Assembly (NCBI GenBank): GCA_030671065.1
Contig: DAOVAM010000002.1
Span: 1 to 38,477, forward strand
Length of the DNA stretch: 38,477 nt
Direction of reading: 5' to 3'
Origin: Candidatus Aminicenantes bacterium
GTDB taxonomy: Bacteria > Acidobacteriota > Aminicenantia > Aminicenantales > Aminicenantaceae
Shown: piece after piece, positions 37,356 to 38,477 of the stretch
How positions within the stretch are numbered: the stretch's first letter is position 1
Layout of the letters: each line of letters starts with the position of its first letter
Program-made: the position numbers and the translations under genes
Notes under the pieces: model-generated
Seen by the model: the letters and a program-made list of their open reading frames with translations, nothing else
Told to the model about the DNA's origin: nothing
Database searches by the model: none

Positions 37356-38090
37356 CTAGTTCGGAGTATGGGATGATGCCTTAGTGAAGCCCACGCTGAT
37401 CCCGAACCAGAAAAAATTGTCATTGCCGAGGGCATCCAGGAGCACAAAGGTATAGTTTGCATATGGCGTGATGATCCAGTTTTTATATTCGAGCGACACG
37501 GCCAATCCGATATTTAAGTCACTGAACCCAGGATCCACTCCTTCGGCCAACCACTGCCCCCCGTTGTATCCCAGAGAGGCAGATAGCTCTGTTTGTACGG
37601 ATTGAGTGATAGTGATGGAGTGACCCGTCTCCAGCTGAAAATAAAAACCATCTCCGTTGGTAAAATCATAAAAAACCGTGAGTGTGGGATGAGTGATCGT
37701 ATTTGGCAATCCCGCTGTAATGAAGAACTCATGGCTCGTGTTGTTCTCAAATGAAAAATTCTCTGCAAAATAATAGCCATAATGAATGAATCCGGCCTTA
37801 AAAGAGATATTTTTGGCAGCTTTGATTGTATAGCTTAATGTGAGATCAATCTCGTTTGTCTCTCGGTTGACAAAAGAAAAACTTCCCCAGAGGTTTAGTG
37901 CCAGACCGCTCTTTCCAAAAGAATAATCCACAGAGGGCTGCAGTACCATTTTTTGAGTCGGGTTGAGGTCAAATCCTCTCCAGATATAACTCGAAGAAAT
38001 ATTGAGTTGATAGTTGAAGTTTGCAATGAGTGGTTGAGAGAACAGAGCAACTGTGATGAGCGTGAAGACGATATGAAGAATTTTACGCAT
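37356..38090 (-). CDS. Outer-membrane beta-barrel protein, TorF/Gcw_chp-like putative porin
   Basis: Signal peptide MRKILHIVFTLITVALFSQPLIA. SSSYIWRGFDLNP...LWGSFSF resembles the SDYVxRG...W motif of the TIGR02001-type family (recall). Alternating beta-strand pattern ending in an aromatic-rich strand. Confidence 0.6.
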   Translation of the reverse strand: MRKILHIVFTLITVALFSQPLIANFNYQLNISSSYIWRGFDLNPTQKMVLQPSVDYSFGKSGLALNLWGSFSFVNRETNEIDLTLSYTIKAAKNISFKAGFIHYGYYFAENFSFENNTSHEFFITAGLPNTITHPTLTVFYDFTNGDGFYFQLETGHSITITQSVQTELSASLGYNGGQWLAEGVDPGFSDLNIGLAVSLEYKNWIITPYANYTFVLLDALGNDNFFWFGISVGFTKASSHTPN

Positions 38091-38296
38091 AATTTTACTC
38101 CACTGGTTAATCTGCTAAAGTCATTATATACTTTCTGCTTTTTTGTGAACAGAGTGGAATGCGGTTGAGAGATTAAAAGGTTCTAAGGGATTTGCACTGT
38201 TCAATTCAGCGCACATCAATCCATCCTGAAAAAAACAGGTATGAGATTGTCCCAACCTTAAAGCTCAGATTTGTCAAAAGGTCCCTTTCCCTGAGA

Positions 38297-38325
38297 TTGA
38301 ATTCAATATTTCCCTGTGCTATAAG
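38297..38325 (+). promoter_or_regulatory. Candidate extended -10 promoter for the 3'-terminal partial gene
   Basis: TTGAAT (38297..38302), a 17-nt spacer ending in GTGC, then TATAAG (38320..38325). It matches the 34556..34584 promoter at 21 of 29 positions. The ATG lies only 14 nt downstream, so the leader would be very short. Confidence 0.4.
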
Positions 38326-38339
38326 CTTATTCAAAGAAA

Positions 38340-38477
38340 ATGGGAGAAATAAAAACGTTTGACCTCAATCGAGTCAACTGTTTTGTATTGAAAAAACACC
38401 ATCTCACCGAAGATTCCAGAATAAATGATATAAACCAGGTCGTGGAAGATGTCTGCGGCCTGCACGCCACTCATCCC
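38340..38477 (+). CDS. Partial CDS (N-terminal 46 aa), possibly a winged-helix AlkZ/YcaQ-like DNA glycosylase family protein
   Basis: MGEIKTFDLNRVNCFVLKKHHLTEDSRINDINQVVEDVCGLHATHP runs to the window end. The pattern L.R......hL.......vv..v.GL.A resembles the N-termini of that family (recall). It is not in the ORF track because it is shorter than 60 aa. Confidence 0.35.
   Translation, partial: MGEIKTFDLNRVNCFVLKKHHLTEDSRINDINQVVEDVCGLHATHP

Noticed and set aside
37304-37462. A 53-codon N-terminal extension of the arsR ORF, and a TTGACA-17-TATTAT match at 37330..37302.
   Set aside because: The extension overlaps the porin gene and is not ArsR-like. The promoter-like match has its -10 element overlapping the arsR ATG, so it cannot serve this start. 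The arsR promoter therefore remains unassigned.

Overview
This 38.5-kb chromosomal window comes from a bacterium I cannot place taxonomically without a database search. About 85% is tightly packed core housekeeping. This includes the rplU-rpmA-obg-nadD-rsfS ribosome/NAD cluster, rlmH, a DksA/TraR zinc-finger gene, comF-like, rsmI, and a two-gene NAD synthetase. It also includes ligA, murB, murA with HIT/UPF0173/NYN/DUF2520 genes, an aldehyde dehydrogenase plus a ribose-type sugar ABC transporter, a eukaryote-like citrate synthase, and lemA with an M48 peptidase. I found no rRNA, no CRISPR array and no recognisable defence, toxin-antitoxin or phage hallmark genes. Six things are not explained by ordinary annotation. 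(1) An intact IS481-like element with 24/25-bp terminal inverted repeats and a 7-bp target duplication sits exactly between the back-to-back tRNA-Val and rplU promoters. (2) A 73-bp module (66/73 identical, ungapped) occurs twice in inverted orientation, each copy about 53 nt downstream of a tRNA gene (Val-UAC and Asp-GUC). The two copies bracket 33.6 kb. (3) A six-gene, same-strand amino-acid-type operon runs from a homoserine-dehydrogenase-like gene to an O-acetylhomoserine-sulfhydrylase-like gene. It contains a 411-aa protein I cannot assign to any family and an SDR that lacks the YxxxK dyad. This operon is my best candidate for an undescribed system. (4) Glutamine-dependent NAD synthetase is split into overlapping glutaminase and synthetase genes. 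(5) There are two perfect 15-bp-stem palindromes, three phased 13-bp direct repeats upstream of tRNA-Asp, and a recurrent TTGACA-N14-TGC-TAnAnn promoter pattern. (6) A small accessory region lies beyond tRNA-Asp, with an orphan membrane protein and a porin-arsR-DGC-ACR3 arsenic cluster. All family calls rest on motifs read by eye and on recall. No search, HMM or folding program was run.
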